This document shows, one piece after another, positions 62,285 to 64,000 of a stretch of 64,000 nt of DNA. The position numbers were made by a program, and so were the translations under genes. The notes under the pieces are model-generated. The model was not told the DNA's origin. It did not search any database and saw nothing but the letters and a program-made list of their open reading frames with translations. How positions within the stretch are numbered: the stretch's first letter is position 1; the number at the start of each line of letters is the position of its first letter. The stretch covers positions 32,001 to 96,000 of the forward strand of contig CAVPRW010000034.1 in NCBI GenBank assembly GCA_963707985.1, written 5' to 3'. Source of the DNA: an uncultured Nitrospinota bacterium. Lineage in GTDB: Bacteria; Tectomicrobia; Entotheonellia; J063; CAVPRW01.

Positions 62285-63895
62285 TCATTCCTTCATCGGT
62301 GGCAGCATGATGCGGACGGTGGTTCCAGTCCCCACCTGACTCTCAACCTCGATATGACCGCCATGCGCTTTGACGATGCGTTTACAGATGGAAAGCCCCA
62401 GGCCGGTGCCCGTCCCGTGCGCTTTTGTAGTGAAAAATGGTTCAAAAATGCGATGCAGGTCTGCAGTAGCGATCCCTACACCAGTATCCGCAACGTTGAT
62501 CACGATATAGTCGCTGGCGGTGCGCTGGGGCTGATGACCGACGATCGCCGATTGGTGTCGAAGGATCGTCCGCTGGGTCGCGATGTGGAGGATACCACCG
62601 TTCGGCATGGCATCGAAGGCATTCATCAGACAATTGAGTAGGACCTGCTGCAGTTGGGTGGCGTCGCCAGTGATGGCCGGAAGGTCAGAGGCAAAGGCCG
62701 TCGAGGCAGTCACCAGTTTGCGAGCGAGGATGGGGGCAAGCAGGTTGAGTAGCTCTTGCACGAGCTGGTTGGTATCGATCGGCTTCAACACCAGATCCGC
62801 TGGAGCAGAGGCTGTCAGTAAGGTTTGTAGAACCTCAACCACACGCGCGATCTGCACCTCAATGATCTTTAATCGATCAGTAGCCTCCGCATCGAGGTCA
62901 TTTCTCTGCAGGAGGAGTTGTACGTGGCCGGAAATCGCGTTCAAGGGTGTACTCACGTCGTGAGCCATCATGGCGGCCCATTGCCCAGCCATGGCCAAGC
63001 GTTCGGTGCGATTGAGCTGGCGTTGGAGCTCGAAGAACTCGATATGCGCCTGCCTGAGCTCCTCATGTCTCGCGGCCAATTCATGGGTGGCCCGTTCCAC
63101 CTCGGCTTGCAGCTCGCGATTGAAGTTTTCGATGCGGGTCATGAGACTCACGTTGTCTTCATAACCCTGCTGAATTTTACGCAGCATGCGATTGAAGCTG
63201 GCGGCGAGACGCCCAAGCTCATCATGGCGGGCGATCTGGGCCGCTGCTCCGAGATCACCCGCCTCAGCCTGCGCCATGGTCTGTACTAAGGTTCGAATGG
63301 GCTGATTCACATAGTGTTGCAGGTACCAGCCCAGCCCAGCGACGATGAACACGGAGGCCGCAGTCATGATCGAAAGGGATTGACGGCGCTCCCTTGCGGC
63401 CAGACGGTCGGTAGATTCGAGCGATGACCCGACCTGAATGGCACCAACAATCTTCTCCTGCAGCATGATGGGAGCGGTGACCTTCCAGATGCGCGTCCCT
63501 TGATACTTCTCCAGAGAGGTCAATATGTGTCCTTCGAGGATTCTTTCCCACGCCTCGGGCTCAGGCACCACTGGCGACAATCCAGGCGTCGAGGCGGCCA
63601 AAATAGGACCTTGTGAGCTCGCGAGGAAGACCTCGAGGCTCTGCAGATCCCTGCGCAGCCGGTTAAACGCTTCAATCTCCTTTTGCAAGACATCAGGAGC
63701 CCCAATGATCTGCTGCACCCCAATGCCGGTGGCCAACTCCTGGGCCAAGCTCACGGTTTGATCGCGGAGGTCCTTCTCGAAGGCTTGTTCCGACAGCTTG
63801 CTATCCAGGTATGAGGAGAGGAAAAGCACAAAGGCTACGATAAAAATGACCAAGCAGATAATTCGCGTTTGTAAGCCCAGCGTTCTGATGTGCAT
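62285..63895 (-). CDS. Membrane sensor histidine kinase (2 TM, HAMP, HisKA/HATPase)
   Basis: Two TM helices, DELGRLAASFNRM HAMP, AHDVSTPLN, DTGVGI, FEPFFTTK, GTGLGL. Confidence 0.95.
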   Translation of the reverse strand: MHIRTLGLQTRIICLVIFIVAFVLFLSSYLDSKLSEQAFEKDLRDQTVSLAQELATGIGVQQIIGAPDVLQKEIEAFNRLRRDLQSLEVFLASSQGPILAASTPGLSPVVPEPEAWERILEGHILTSLEKYQGTRIWKVTAPIMLQEKIVGAIQVGSSLESTDRLAARERRQSLSIMTAASVFIVAGLGWYLQHYVNQPIRTLVQTMAQAEAGDLGAAAQIARHDELGRLAASFNRMLRKIQQGYEDNVSLMTRIENFNRELQAEVERATHELAARHEELRQAHIEFFELQRQLNRTERLAMAGQWAAMMAHDVSTPLNAISGHVQLLLQRNDLDAEATDRLKIIEVQIARVVEVLQTLLTASAPADLVLKPIDTNQLVQELLNLLAPILARKLVTASTAFASDLPAITGDATQLQQVLLNCLMNAFDAMPNGGILHIATQRTILRHQSAIVGHQPQRTASDYIVINVADTGVGIATADLHRIFEPFFTTKAHGTGTGLGLSICKRIVKAHGGHIEVESQVGTGTTVRIMLPPMKE

Positions 63896-64000
63896 GCGAT
63901 GAGCTTTCTAAATCAAAGCATTACCAGCTCCACACGGCTCCCCGCCGTCGAGATGTGCCCGATTTTGTGCCAGTCTTGTCTGGGCCATCCTCTAGATTCT

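Overview
Bacterial chromosomal window in three parts. (1) 1-11.6 kb: partial VanZ-family gene, kdsD-kdsC, a partial and apparently decaying type II secretion pseudopilin cluster (gspG-H-I, internally deleted gspJ, gspK with a 33-bp repeat insert, gspN), a c-type cytochrome, and moaC-radA-PIN/TRAM-ispD-ispF-rlmB. (2) 11.8-44.0 kb: an uninterrupted translation/transcription supercluster (tRNA-Thr/Tyr/Gly/Thr, rpmG, tRNA-Trp, secE, nusG, rplKAJL, rpoBC, str, S10, spc and alpha operons to rplQ); RpoB carries an insert resembling the RpoC zinc ribbon. (3) 44.0-64 kb accessory region: small Fe-S protein, BON lipoprotein, a TIR gene cut off from an FGE-sulfatase domain, a four-gene cassette lexA - degenerate RadA/Rad51-like - small helical protein - PolB2-like family B polymerase with a perfect 25-bp palindrome inside the lexA promoter, and two parallel 'histidine kinase - sigma54 activator - sigma54 promoter - lone receiver - effector' modules (effectors: YegD-like Hsp70 and S53 peptidase) flanking a CNNM/HlyC-CorC gene. 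The best candidate for a poorly described system is the LexA-controlled, archaeal-type PolB2 'mutasome' cassette with a non-canonical operator. The host is a diderm (Kdo, T2SS genes); RpoB signatures suggest a lineage outside Proteobacteria (inference only). All calls come from motif reading by eye; no searches were run and several start codons are estimates.
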